A stretch of 64,000 nt of DNA, taken from positions 512,001-576,000 of the forward strand of contig CAVXWP010000002.1 of NCBI GenBank assembly GCA_963765495.1, in the 5' to 3' direction. The number at the start of each line of letters is the position of its first letter. Position 1 is the stretch's first letter. A model generated the notes under the pieces. It was not told where the DNA came from and searched no databases. It saw nothing but the letters and a program-made list of their open reading frames with translations. The stretch comes from Blastocatellia bacterium. Its GTDB lineage: Bacteria > Acidobacteriota > Blastocatellia > UBA7656. Of this stretch, positions 43,154 through 52,969 are shown one piece after another. The translations under genes and the position numbers were made by a program.

Positions 43154-43865
43154 ATGACGGCAGTGGCAACACTGACTGGTGCGTCCTCCCACGAGCAAGT
43201 GCAGTGGCACTCCATTAACTGGAAGAATGCCCATCGCAACGTGAAACGGCTTCAGGCGCGTATTGTGAAGGCAACACAGGCCAGAAGATGGGGCAAGGTC
43301 CGTGCTTTACAACGTCTCCTGACCCACTCGTTCAGCGGTAAAGCCATAGCCGTGAGACGAGTGACGGAAAATCGCGGCAAGAAGAGACCGGGAGTAGACC
43401 AGCAAGTTTGGAATACTCCAAAGAAGAAAGCAGCAGCCATAGACGAACTGAGAGGGCACGGTTATAAACCATCACCGCTCCGGCGCGTCTACATCCCGAA
43501 AAGCAAGGGTCGCCTTCGACCGCTTTCGATACCCACGATGAAAGATCGGGCAATGCAAGCGCTACACCTACTGGCGCTCGATCCGGTAGCAGAAACGATG
43601 GCGGACCTGAACTCATACGGGTTCAGGAACAAGAGGTCTACAGCAGACGCGATTGCGCAATGTTATATTGACTTTCGATTGAAGCAGTCGGCCCAGTACA
43701 TACTCGAAGGCGATATAAAATCCTGCTTCGAGGGAATCAGCCACGAATGGTTAATGGCGAACATCCCGACGGATAAAGTCATTCTCAGGCAGTGGCTGAA
43801 GGCTGGATTCATCGACAAGCACATTCTCCACCCGACGGAAGTTGGGACTCCACAGGGCGGACCGA
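43154..43865 (+). CDS. ltrA: outer intron RT/maturase, 5' exon
   Basis: WHSINW…RLQARIVKA (RVT_N), RRVYIPK, RPLSIPT, SYGFR, EGDIK and GTPQGGP. Confidence 0.9.
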
Positions 43866-46278
43866 GTGCGCTGCGAAGCGCCTAGCGATAATGCTCATGG
43901 AAGTAATAACAACCGACGAGATGATGCTCGCCCCAAGAGCATCAAGGCTGATCCGGCAGGCGATGGACAAGGAGCAAGAAATCGTCTGAAGCCCGGAGAA
44001 CATGGGGTAAAACGCCGGCACTCCGTCACGCGCGCCAGACCCCTAGCCTGAGTCTGACTAGGGCTACGAAAGAAACCCTTGTTTGAAGCGTCCACACCTT
44101 GAGCACACTGCTAAACGACGGGGATGGTGTGAGACATCGGGTAATCGGTCTAGTAGATGCCGCCGATGAAAAGGCTCTGTGGTCGAGCTGAACCGCTCTG
44201 GCTATCGGGGTATAAGCCACCGGCTGATGTCGCGGACACTGGGATTGTGTCTTACGGGCGTAAAGAGGGGGCCTACGGTCAGACGTAACACGTATCACTA
44301 GGTGAACGTAGGAAGCGCGATGATCGGACTCTTGGAGTTTCGGTCGAAAACAGCAAGAGTCTGGGTTAGCTGCAACTGATGCGGTCATCGCGTGGCAGAG
44401 CGGTCGTAGTAGTCGGAGCCGGAGAAAGTTTGGCGCAAGGCGAAGGGCCGCAGTCATTGCAAGAGGAGAGGTGCGGGAAGTAGAGAGGACTAAGACGTAT
44501 GTCCGACATCATCAAAACCCAACGTAGCCTCGCCATCAAGGCGACACATAATCCGAAGCACCGGTTCGACCACCTCTACCGGGTAATCTGCCAAGAGGAG
44601 TGGATCGGCTGGGCGTTGGAGAGCGTGCTCTCTAACAAGGGAGCGCGGACAGCCGGGATAGACGGTATGACAAAGAAGGCGTTTACCTCAGAAGAGGCCA
44701 GAGCAGCTTTCACACGGGAACTGCGAGAAGAACTCCGCAAGGGGCGATTCCAACCCGTACCCGTTCGTCGTGTCTATATCCCCAAATCCAACGGCAAGAC
44801 CCGACCACTTGGCATCCCGACCTTGAAGGACCGGGTAGTACAGATGCTGTTGAAGATGATACTTGAGCCGATCTGGGAGAGCGACTTCCTCAACTGCTCT
44901 AACGGATTCAGGCCCAAGCGCAGGACGATGGACTGCATCGCCCTTCTGGATAGCTACATCAACAACCGCAATAAATACTACTGGGTAGTCGAGGGAGATA
45001 TTAAGGGAGCCTTCGACAACATTCATCATGAAGTGCTGTTGAAACTCTTAGCAGAGCGGGTAGCAGACCGCCGCACCCTTGACTTGGTTGAGCGCTTCTT
45101 GAAATCGGGAGTGATGGAGAACTGCCTGTTCAAGCATACCGAGATCGGTACGCCGCAGGGCGGGTTGTGCTCCCCACTTCTGGCGAACATCTACTTGCAC
45201 CAGCTAGACCTCTACTGGTGGAACAAGTACGGAAGCCTTCACCGCAAAGTCAAGGAGCGCCGCAGGAGAGAGCACATTGGCAACTGCGCGCTCATCCGAT
45301 ACGCCGACGACTGGCTGCTGTTGACCAACGGCGGCAAGCAAGAAGCGTATCGCCTGCGGGATGAGTTCCAGAACTTCCTTGCGGAAGAACTGAAACTCGA
45401 ACTGTCGGTCGAGAAGACGCACGTGACGCACGTCAACGACGGCTTCGACTTTCTCGGCTTTCACGTCCGCCGCTACGTCAGCAAGGACGACCGACCCAAG
45501 TTATTGGTCACACCGAGCGACAAAACGCAGGCACGGTTGAAAGCCAAGATAAAGGAAATGACCGCCAGAAAGCGGTTCCTCGATCAGCCGCTGCTCAAGT
45601 TCAACGCGCTCAATGCGGTGCTGCGAGGCTGGATCAGCTACTACCGTCACTGTAACGCGAAGGAAGTTGCCAAAGACCTGGACTACTGGGTCAACGAGCG
45701 GCTTTTTCTCTGGTTACAAAAACGGCATCGACTCCCAGCGAGAAGGATCCTTGCCCTTTATAAGCAGCGCCAAAATGGTACGCGCGACAACTGGGGAATC
45801 CGCAGTGGGGAGCAGATGCTTTACCTCTATCGGATGAGTGACCAGCCGATCACCAAGTATCGGTCACGGAAGCTCGCCAATCCCTACATCACGGATGACT
45901 GGACGACAGAGCTTGAAACGGCAGAAGCACCGCTGCCCGAATATGTCTGGGTCGGCAATGCCGAGAACAACGAGAAGTGGCGCGAAATCAAAGCTGAGGT
46001 GAAAGCAGAGCGCGGGGCGAAGTGTGAACTCTGTGGCAATCGGATGAATCTCGACCTTCATCACCTGAAAGCCCGCCGTTATGGTGGGCAGGATGCCAAA
46101 GAGAATGCACAACTGCTTTGCGAGTCCTGCCATGTGCAAACGCCGACGTATGGAGACCATAGCCGGATGCAATGAGGGAAAGCCGTGTGAGATGGAAACT
46201 CTCACGCACGGTTTGGAGAGAGGAGTGGAGAAACACGTATGTTGCAAGATATAAAAGTGCGCTCTGCTCCTACTCTAT
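43866..46278 (+). mobile_element. inner group II intron (2413 nt; LtrB/ML-like IEP) inserted in the outer RT gene
   Basis: 5' GTGCG; DV AAGCCGTGTGAGATGGAAACTCTCACGCACGGTTT; 3' end CTACTCTAT; splicing restores GTPQGGP-I-SPTLMN. Confidence 0.93.
44499..46175 (+). CDS. ltrA: inner intron RT/maturase with HNH endonuclease
   Basis: TAGIDG, RPLGIP, GTPQGG, RYADD and FDFLGF motifs; C-terminal CELCG…HH…N…LCESCH. Confidence 0.95.
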   Translation: MSDIIKTQRSLAIKATHNPKHRFDHLYRVICQEEWIGWALESVLSNKGARTAGIDGMTKKAFTSEEARAAFTRELREELRKGRFQPVPVRRVYIPKSNGKTRPLGIPTLKDRVVQMLLKMILEPIWESDFLNCSNGFRPKRRTMDCIALLDSYINNRNKYYWVVEGDIKGAFDNIHHEVLLKLLAERVADRRTLDLVERFLKSGVMENCLFKHTEIGTPQGGLCSPLLANIYLHQLDLYWWNKYGSLHRKVKERRRREHIGNCALIRYADDWLLLTNGGKQEAYRLRDEFQNFLAEELKLELSVEKTHVTHVNDGFDFLGFHVRRYVSKDDRPKLLVTPSDKTQARLKAKIKEMTARKRFLDQPLLKFNALNAVLRGWISYYRHCNAKEVAKDLDYWVNERLFLWLQKRHRLPARRILALYKQRQNGTRDNWGIRSGEQMLYLYRMSDQPITKYRSRKLANPYITDDWTTELETAEAPLPEYVWVGNAENNEKWREIKAEVKAERGAKCELCGNRMNLDLHHLKARRYGGQDAKENAQLLCESCHVQTPTYGDHSRMQ

Positions 46279-47270
46279 TCTCGCCGACGTTGATGAATAT
46301 GACACTCGACGGGTTGGAGAAACTCCTGCGGGAGAAATATCCAAGTAACACCCGAAGAAGCCGAAAGGCCAAAGTGAACATGGTCAGATACGCCGACGAT
46401 ATGATCATCACGGGCAGTTCGCCAGAACTGTTGGCGGATGAAATCAAGCCGCTGGTGGAAAAGTTCCTGCGGGAGCGGGGACTGGAACTCTCAGCAGAGA
46501 AGACCAGAATCACGCACATCGAGAAAGGGTTTGATTTTCTCGGACAAAATGTACGCAAGTACAAAGGGAAGCTGCTAATCAAACCCTCGACTGATAGCGT
46601 GAAGTCGTTATTAGAGAAAGTGCGGAGAATCATAAAGACCAACAAGCCAGCCAGTGCTGGCGAGTTGATAGTGAAGCTCAACCCGATTATCAAAGGGTGG
46701 GCCAACTATCATCGCCACGTGGTGAGCAAGCGGGTCTTCAGTCAGGTGGATCGGGCGATCTTCGAGAGTTTGTGGCAATGGGCGAGAAGAAGGCATGCAG
46801 CCAAAGGCAAACAATGGGTGGCGAAGAAATATTTTCTACATCCCAGGACAGGCCAATGGGTGTTCTTCGGACAAGTAAGAGGAAAAGATGGAGCGATCCA
46901 AACGGTCCGTCTAACGAAAGCCTCCGGTATGCCCATCCAAAGGCATATCAAGATCAGAGGAGAAGCCAATCCGTATGACCCGCAGTGGGAGGAATACTTT
47001 GAACAACGCCTCGGTGTTGAAATGGTAAACCTCCTGAAAGGGAAACAACGGCTGCTCAAGTTATGGAAACAACAAAAAGGAGAATGCCTTGTATGTGACC
47101 AGCCGATCACAAAAACAACGGGCTGGCATATCCATCACCTGGTACCGCGCACGAAAGGAGGCGGAGACCAGGTAGGCAATCTCGTTTTGTTGCATCCGAC
47201 CTGCCACAATCAGGTGCATTCTACGGGATTGGAAGTGGTGAAGCCGCGTCCAGCAAAGGGCGTTAGCTAA
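46279..47270 (+). CDS. ltrA: outer intron RT/maturase/HNH, 3' exon (spliced IEP 567 aa)
   Basis: VRYADD, GFDFLG, LNPIIKGWANY, NPYDP and CLVC…HIHH…NLVLLHPTCH. Confidence 0.92.
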
Positions 47271-47350
47271 GGCTTGAGCTGCATGCGTGGGAACGCGCCC
47301 GTGCAGTTCTTAGGGGAGGGGGCAGCAGCAATACTGCCTCCTTACCCGAC

Positions 47351-47482
47351 TATATAAAAGGTTACACGTCGCCGCGCGAAACGCGGGTTGGAATAGGCAG
47401 CTATCTGGAGTTCTATAATGACAGGCGCGTGCATCAAGCCTTGGCTTATCGAACGCCAGCCGAAATCCACTTCGGGCTTTGA
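47351..47482 (+). CDS. IS3 transposase OrfB, 3' exon
   Basis: Manual translation YIKGYTSPRETRVGIGSYLEFYNDRRVHQALAYRTPAEIHFGL*, a typical IS3 C-terminus. Confidence 0.9.
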   Translation, partial: YIKGYTSPRETRVGIGSYLEFYNDRRVHQALAYRTPAEIHFGL

Positions 47483-47806
47483 ATTGAACAAGAACCATGT
47501 TTATGGCCGACTCAAATGAAAGGAGCAAAACCCACCTTAAAAGTGGTCGAATTTTTGTCTTGATTTTGGGGTCTACTATAATTGTTATCCAATAATGGCT
47601 TCCTATCACGCCACTTGAAAAATCCGAGGGTCGTTTTCCTCCAACCCCATCCTATTCCTTTGAATAAAGGATCGAAGAGCGATTTCGCAATACCAATGAT
47701 TGAAGATGGTTCCATATTTGACAATGATATACTTACTACTGAAACATTTAAATCTGCAACTAAAGTATGCTAATTCTAAGCAAGTCATTGGCGAGGACAG
47801 AGGAGG

Positions 47807-47891
47807 GCCTAACGCCGAGTTCAGCGGCGCGCTGGTAGCCGAGGGATAATGAAATGGTGGAATGCGCGTCCGCTGGAATGAGCACTTAGAC
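47807..47891 (-). repeat. attC1 (subtype A; R'' degenerate)
   Basis: gcctaacgccgagttcagcgg…ccgctggaatgagcacttagac. Confidence 0.9.
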
Positions 47892-47918
47892 GCGGTCTGC
47901 GTCTTGAGCGGAAGCTCT

Positions 47919-48359
47919 TTATTCCGTTTTCTGCTCATTGACCACCGTCTCTAACGAGCGCGTGGTGTGTTCTGTGACGCTGAACGCTGATTCAGGAAGT
48001 ACGCGATGCTTTGCCTCACTAAGCTCTTTCGCTGCTTCTTTATCAGTCTTCTTTCGACTCAATAACATCGAGACGAAAACGCCTTCGAGCCCAAGCATTA
48101 TTAGAAAACTTAGCAAGGTAATTGCGATAATCAGCCCCATATTTTCAGGTCCGAACACCATCTTCATCGCCATCATTAAGAAGATGATAGCTCCAAGGCC
48201 GAAGACGAAGACTGCTGTCATAAAAAACAGGAGCTTTTCAGACTTCACCTCTGATGCCTTGCTGACATCATCACCTTTTTCCCCACTCAGCTTAGCTCCG
48301 CAGTGGTTGCAATAGCTCAAGTTTGGTGAAACTGTCGAACCGCATTTTGAACAATACAT
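47919..48359 (-). CDS. cassette: zinc-ribbon 2-TM membrane protein
   Basis: CSKCG…CNHCG, two TMs and a C-terminal SVTEHTT. Confidence 0.8.
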   Translation of the reverse strand: MYCSKCGSTVSPNLSYCNHCGAKLSGEKGDDVSKASEVKSEKLLFFMTAVFVFGLGAIIFLMMAMKMVFGPENMGLIIAITLLSFLIMLGLEGVFVSMLLSRKKTDKEAAKELSEAKHRVLPESAFSVTEHTTRSLETVVNEQKTE

Positions 48360-48435
48360 ACTCTTCACCTCTCCGAGGCCATACGATAGGGCAAGTTGTT
48401 GTGTTCGGCAACGATGTGCTCGACCGGTGACAAGC

Positions 48436-48520
48436 GTCTAACGATGAGTTCAGCGGCGCGCTGGCAGCAACGGGAAACTGAATCATTGGAAAGCGCGTCC
48501 GCTGGAATGAGCAGTTAGGC
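48436..48520 (-). repeat. attC2 (subtype A)
   Basis: gtctaac…gttaggc palindrome. Confidence 0.9.
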
Positions 48521-48529
48521 CGAATTCAG

Positions 48530-48898
48530 TCATTTGAACTCATTGAGCCAGCGTATTTGGTTCTTCAATTCATCAACTGATAGTGAGTTCAATAACCTCA
48601 ATAATCTATGTAATAGAACGGCTACTGTTTCAGCAGTCGAAAGAATTATGCCAAAATGCTCTTTGCCTTCTTCGAGATACTTCTCGTGCAACTTAGTGAA
48701 ATCAGCAAAGTTAAAAGTGACAATCGCACGCTGTTCACTCACTGCCCAATCAAATTGGGCCTTATCATCGTCTGACAACTTTCCGGCCTCTTGAGAGGAT
48801 ACAGTATCAAAGCCATAGCGCCGAAGCTGCACAGCCAGGCGGGGTGACAGATGTTCGTTCAAATAAAGCTTTGGGGGATTATGCAACGGGTTGGGCAT
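48530..48898 (-). CDS. cassette TA: DUF5615/Mut7-like PIN toxin
   Basis: KLYLNEH…DD…RAIVTFNFADF…HFGII. Confidence 0.85.
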   Translation of the reverse strand: MPNPLHNPPKLYLNEHLSPRLAVQLRRYGFDTVSSQEAGKLSDDDKAQFDWAVSEQRAIVTFNFADFTKLHEKYLEEGKEHFGIILSTAETVAVLLHRLLRLLNSLSVDELKNQIRWLNEFK

Positions 48899-49175
48899 GA
48901 CTCTCTAACCAATGCTCATAACTGTTTTGATAACGTAGTCGATCAATTTCCTCTTGGTTGTCGTGGTAGTAAGCAAGGGCGCTGAATACCTGAGCAGGGG
49001 TCAAATAATTCCACTCAGCCAAAATCTCCTCAACTGACATCCCAGCTTTATAGTAGTAGTCAACTAAATGCCATACAGCTATCCGTGTGCCTTCTATAGT
49101 TGCTTCGCCTCCGCAGACGCCTAGAACTTTTACGACATGTGGGTAGGGAATGTAATGCATATTTTGTTCTGTCAT
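48879..49175 (-). CDS. cassette TA: DUF433 antitoxin
   Basis: GVCGGEATIEGTRIAV…ALAYYHDNQEEI. Confidence 0.9.
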   Translation of the reverse strand: MTEQNMHYIPYPHVVKVLGVCGGEATIEGTRIAVWHLVDYYYKAGMSVEEILAEWNYLTPAQVFSALAYYHDNQEEIDRLRYQNSYEHWLESHAQPVA

Positions 49176-49581
49176 AAAGTTACCTCAATTGCTTTTTCCC
49201 TGAATTGCAATATTACCACATTTACCTTCTGAGAGTCTTATTTTGATGATCAGCACGATATACTGCGAGGGCCTGCTCTGAAAATAAAAGGGGTGCTAAA
49301 TGTTGATAACGAGTAGATGAAGACAAACAACTCCGAGCCTGTGCGATATTACTTCTGCACAGCTTCATCAAACTGGTTGTCGGTAGGGCATTGGTTAATA
49401 AGCATGAGTCTGCTCTACGTGCTCAAAGGCAACAATTCGGGGTACCAGAAATATGCCCAGGTCAAACTGCTATACAGGCTCGAAGCACCAAGGACCGTTC
49501 GACCTTCATACCGACATACAAAATTCTATCATGGCTCTCACACATTTTCATCATTCGAAGGTGAGCCGCAGGCTCATGATG

Positions 49582-49667
49582 AACTAACGAGGAGATAACC
49601 GGCCCGCTGTGGCCCCCGATGCCATTGAGAAGGTGGCAAGCGCGTCCGGTTGATGGACCTGTTAGGC
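49582..49667 (-). repeat. attC3 (subtype B)
   Basis: aactaacgaggagataaccgg…ccggttgatggacctgttaggc. Confidence 0.88.
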
Positions 49668-50088
49668 GCATCTCATCTTGCAGGTTCAATAGAGATGGCC
49701 CTGTCCATATGCAAAGCCGCGCCAACAGATCGCCTCCTCTTAAGCATGATTTAAGGAGTAGCGCGGCGGACTGATTGTAACACGATAGCTGGCAGACAGG
49801 TTCTGTTTGCAATGTGGTTGACAACCAGTCAGCGATTCCCGGTTAGACCGGAATTGAAGCGAACAAAGGAGATTAGAAATCGTGAAATTGCGTTGTAATT
49901 AAGGCAATCACAGCACTTAGCGCAAAACACCGATTACATCTATCCGATTTTGCTATAACTGTTGGTACAACAGAATTTACTTTCGCAATTATCTTTTTCG
50001 CTTCCTCTTTTGATTTCATCAACTTACAACCTGACCGGGAATTGCTGACAACCAGTGTGCCTCATTTTCACGGATGGCTTTCCTGTGC
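49668..50088. other. gene-less cassette, family 1, carrying a MITE
   Basis: Homologous to 59149-59341; 194 bp after removing the MITE and one TSD. Confidence 0.85.
49830..50047. mobile_element. 218-bp MITE
   Basis: 17-bp IRs CAGCGATTCCCGGTTAG / CTGACCGGGAATTGCTG (15/17); 9-bp TSD ACAACCAGT; absent from sister cassettes. Confidence 0.85.
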
Positions 50089-50175
50089 GCTTAACGACGG
50101 AGATAACCGGCGCGCTGTGGTCTCCGCGTCATCTGAGCAGGTGGAATGCGCGTCCGGTTCATGGACCAGTTAGGC
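50089..50175 (-). repeat. attC4 (subtype B)
   Basis: gcttaac…gagataaccgg…gttaggc. Confidence 0.9.
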
Positions 50176-50462
50176 GCGCTCCGCTTTGTCGGTTCAATTC
50201 TGCACATTCTTTGAGCAGGCCGCGCTAGGAGTTCGTTGCTTTTCACCAATCGGTTTTCGAGTAATGGCTCAGTTATGCGGGGAGGAAACAGCGTAAATCC
50301 TTTATTTGCAATGAGGGCATCTCAGCTTTCCCCGCGTAACTGACCGATTACATTTTCGAGTTGCGAGGCGGAATGATTCTACCAGCAATGCTTGTAGACA
50401 GGTACTCCTTGCTTCGTCTTTGGCGATCAGTGTGGTTCGTTTTCTTGGACCACTTCCTGCGC
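50176..50462. other. gene-less cassette, divergent family 2
   Basis: No credible ORF; GCCGCGC present; ends TTCCTGCGC like family 2. Confidence 0.7.
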
Positions 50463-50548
50463 GCTTAACGCCGGGGATCAGCGGCCCGCTGTGGGCAAAG
50501 GGATAATGAGGCGGTGGCACGCGGGTCCGCTGAATGCCACGGTTAGGC
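50463..50548 (-). repeat. attC5 (variant ATCAGCGG…CCGCTGAAT)
   Basis: gcttaac…gttaggc. Confidence 0.9.
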
Positions 50549-50812
50549 GCGTTCTGATTTGTAAGTTCGTCACAGATGAAGATTCCTGTCGTTCAAGCCG
50601 CGCAAGCTTACTTTACCTTTTAGCGGGACTTTGACTCTACCCTTTCGACTAGCGCGGCGAAGTGTGAGTCTAACTCGACAGACGTAGACAGGTCATTCTA
50701 CCCTGCAATCTGACGACCAGTGTGAGTCTAACAGCACAGCTTGTAGACAGATAATATTGGCTGCGATCTTGGCGACCAGTTTGGTTAATTCTCACCGACC
50801 AATTTCCTGCGC
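50549..50812. other. gene-less cassette, family 2
   Basis: Starts GCGTTCTGATT…GTCACAGAT; homologous to 52110-52370 and 52970-53230. Confidence 0.85.
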
Positions 50813-50897
50813 GCTTAACGCCGAGTTCAGCGGCGCGCCGGTAGCTGGTGGAACACAAAACGTTGGCACGCGCGTCCGCTGGAATGAGCAGTTAGGC
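50813..50897 (-). repeat. attC6 (subtype A)
   Basis: gcttaac…gttaggc; PIN stop codon lies in R''. Confidence 0.9.
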
Positions 50898-51284
50898 TTG
50901 GTCCAATATTTTGACATCATATGCAAGTATATTACTGTCCACAGTTACCAGAGTCATATCCTTTTCCAATGCCTGGCATATCAAGATTCTATCAAACGGA
51001 TCACGATGAATCATTGGGAGGGTGGCCAGTCTTGCTACACTCCCTTCCTTCAATGGCAGACTCTCAATCTTATGTTCGTCCCTTTGCTTTGGTATGTAAC
51101 TGCCCGGAGGTTCAGGCAATGGCAGCTTCCCTATTTGATACTTGATAATTATTTCCCATAATGAAACAACGCTCAAAAACACATCATTCTCAGGGCTACG
51201 GATGGCTTCCAGAAAGGAATCTGGAAGCCGAAAATCCCCAATGATGTACCAGAGGAAAATGTGTGTATCGAGAAGGAGTTTCAT
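50892..51284 (-). CDS. vapC: cassette TA: VapC/PIN toxin
   Basis: LLLDTHIFLW, SLWEI and HRDPFDRILICQA motifs. Confidence 0.92.
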   Translation of the reverse strand: MKLLLDTHIFLWYIIGDFRLPDSFLEAIRSPENDVFLSVVSLWEIIIKYQIGKLPLPEPPGSYIPKQRDEHKIESLPLKEGSVARLATLPMIHRDPFDRILICQALEKDMTLVTVDSNILAYDVKILDQA

Positions 51285-51520
51285 CTATCTTCAAATTCTT
51301 TGATAATAGCCTCCGGCAGTGGGGCGTCGAAGTCATCAGGCACTATGAAATTCCCCGCAGCTAAAGCAAAAGGGCGAGGAGAACGAGAGGCTGAAATGAT
51401 GGGTTTGATTTCAGCAACGGGCTTACCGGCCCTAATAATAATAATACTCTCGCCAGCCTCGACACGTTCGATATAGGTCAAGAGGTTGCGCTTCATTTCA
51501 TCTATGGTAATTGGAAGCAT
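51281..51520 (-). CDS. cassette TA: Phd/YefM antitoxin
   Basis: VEAGE.III.RAGKPVA…VPDDFDAPLP. Confidence 0.88.
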   Translation of the reverse strand: MLPITIDEMKRNLLTYIERVEAGESIIIIRAGKPVAEIKPIISASRSPRPFALAAGNFIVPDDFDAPLPEAIIKEFEDR

Positions 51521-51582
51521 AGGACAATTATCAAGCAGGTTTCTCATAAAATCAAACAAGGGTATGCCGAGGTCGATGCGGA

Positions 51583-51667
51583 GCCTAACACCGAGATAAC
51601 CGGCCCGCTGTGGTCGGAGGGATAATGAATCGCTGGCACGCGGGTCCGGTTGATTGAGCGGTTAGGC
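51583..51667 (-). repeat. attC7 (subtype B; identical to attC17)
   Basis: gcctaacaccgagataaccgg…gttaggc. Confidence 0.9.
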
Positions 51668-52022
51668 GGTCCCTTGCCTGTTTCATTTCTTGCGCTTGGC
51701 TGACCCTGATCCTCCTATTTTCACTCTCACTTTCTGAGACAGCTTTTCCTGTCATTGCCAAGGAAGCAGCTTGATGTGCAAGCTTTGTCCTTCCCATTCA
51801 GGCTTCTCTACCCCTTGCCTCAACAGGTGGTTGTGCTGCGAAGGTATCTTTTCGAGGCAGCATTTTCATTGAGCCAGAGTGAATAATCCTTTGGAAGAAA
51901 CATCCTATGAAGGAACAAGAGAAGAGAGAAGCGAGCAGGTGGCTGTCCTGGCGATGACTCACCTGAGCATGTTTTTCCATCACTGTTTGGCGAGTCGTCT
52001 CCCTCTCAATCGGTGATCTGAC
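51668..52022. other. gene-less cassette, family 3
   Basis: Pyrimidine-rich left half and purine-rich right half; ends ATCGGTGATCTGAC. Confidence 0.75.
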
Positions 52023-52109
52023 GCCTAACGTCCTGGTTGAGCGGCCCGCTGTGGCATCCCCTTCATCTGAATAGTTGGCATGCGGGTCCGGTCGAACCGG
52101 TTGTTAGGC
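52023..52109 (-). repeat. attC8 (variant GGTTGA…TCGAACC)
   Basis: gcctaac…gttaggc. Confidence 0.88.
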
Positions 52110-52370
52110 GCGTTCTGATTTGCAAGTGCGTCACAGATGATTGCATTGGTTCGAGCCGCGCCTGCTTTCTTTGCCTTACAGCTGTATTTTGGCTCACCCT
52201 TTTCGAGAAGCGCGGCGGAGTGTGAGGCTAACAGCTTGGCTCATAGACAGGTCTACTTCGCTGCAATCTGACGAGCGATGTGAGTTTAAAAGCATTGCTT
52301 GTAGGCAGATATTCTTCGTCGCATCCTTGGCAATCAATGCCTCTCTTTCTCACCGACCAACTCCCGGCGC
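52110..52370. other. gene-less cassette, family 2
   Basis: 261 bp; GCCGCGC-48 nt-GCGCGGC. Confidence 0.85.
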
Positions 52371-52456
52371 GCTTAACACCGAGTTCAGCGGCGCGCCGTG
52401 GCCTCCGCTTCAACTGAGTAGCTGGAATGCGCGTCCGCTGGAATGAGCAGTTAGGC
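52371..52456 (-). repeat. attC9 (subtype A)
   Basis: gcttaac…gttaggc. Confidence 0.9.
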
Positions 52457-52882
52457 GGCTCCTTTCGGGATTCATTCATTTCCTTGGGCTTTCCTGACAG
52501 GCTTCTTCCATTTCTTATCTCCTGTTTCATCTCAGTTTCTCCTCTTGCGCGCAATTCATACCTTCTCCGCTGGGGCAGGTTTTCTTGTCGGGGAAACTGC
52601 TTGATGTGCCAAGTTCCTCCTTTCCAAACAGTCTTCTCTGGCTCTTTGCTCAACAGGTAATTGGCTGCCGGAGTATCTTTGCGAGATAGGTTTATCTTTG
52701 AGCAAGCCTGAAAAGAGAGCATCAGAAGAAAGGAGTTCAGATAAGGGAGAGTTGAGAGAAACAAACAGAGTTGAATCGGGTAAAAAGGAGCGAGAGGCGA
52801 GCAAGTAGCAGTCCTCACTATGTCTCACTCGATCATGTTTTCATATCATTGCTTGGTGAGTCGTATCGGTTGTGAGATTGAC
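52457..52882. other. gene-less cassette, family 3
   Basis: Starts GGCTCC; shares TCAACAGGT…GCTG…GTATCTTT and GAGTCGT with 51668-52022. Confidence 0.7.
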
Positions 52883-52969
52883 GCCTAACGCCGGAGATAA
52901 CCGGCGCGCTGTGGCCCCCGATGCCATCCAGAAGGTGGTATGCGCGTCCGGTTGATCGACCAGTTAGGC
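52883..52969 (-). repeat. attC10 (subtype B; same core as attC23)
   Basis: gcctaac…gttaggc. Confidence 0.9.

Larger units (their letters stand above)
42579..47350 (+). mobile_element. outer group II intron (IIB/CL1-like), 2359 nt without the inner intron
   Basis: 5' GTGCG; domain V GAGCTGCATGCG…GTGCAGTTC (~47276-47309); DVI ending ACCCGAC; splicing restores KYEEV|YIKGY. Confidence 0.93.
41535..47580 (+). mobile_element. IS3-family insertion sequence (1274 bp when introns are removed)
   Basis: Imperfect 25-bp IRs TATAATGGTCCACGAAATTTAGACA / TGTCTTGATTTTGGGGTCTACTATA; orfA/orfB; ATT target duplication at 40541-43 and 47581-83. Confidence 0.92.

Noticed and set aside
42971-47270. Retron, DGR or defence RT system with three RT ORFs
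   Set aside because: All three ORFs are explained by two nested group II introns with exact exon rejoining.
42579-47350. attC-targeting class C intron linked to cassette creation
   Set aside because: Neither intron sits in an attC. Both carry HNH domains and target IS3 orfB or an RT gene.
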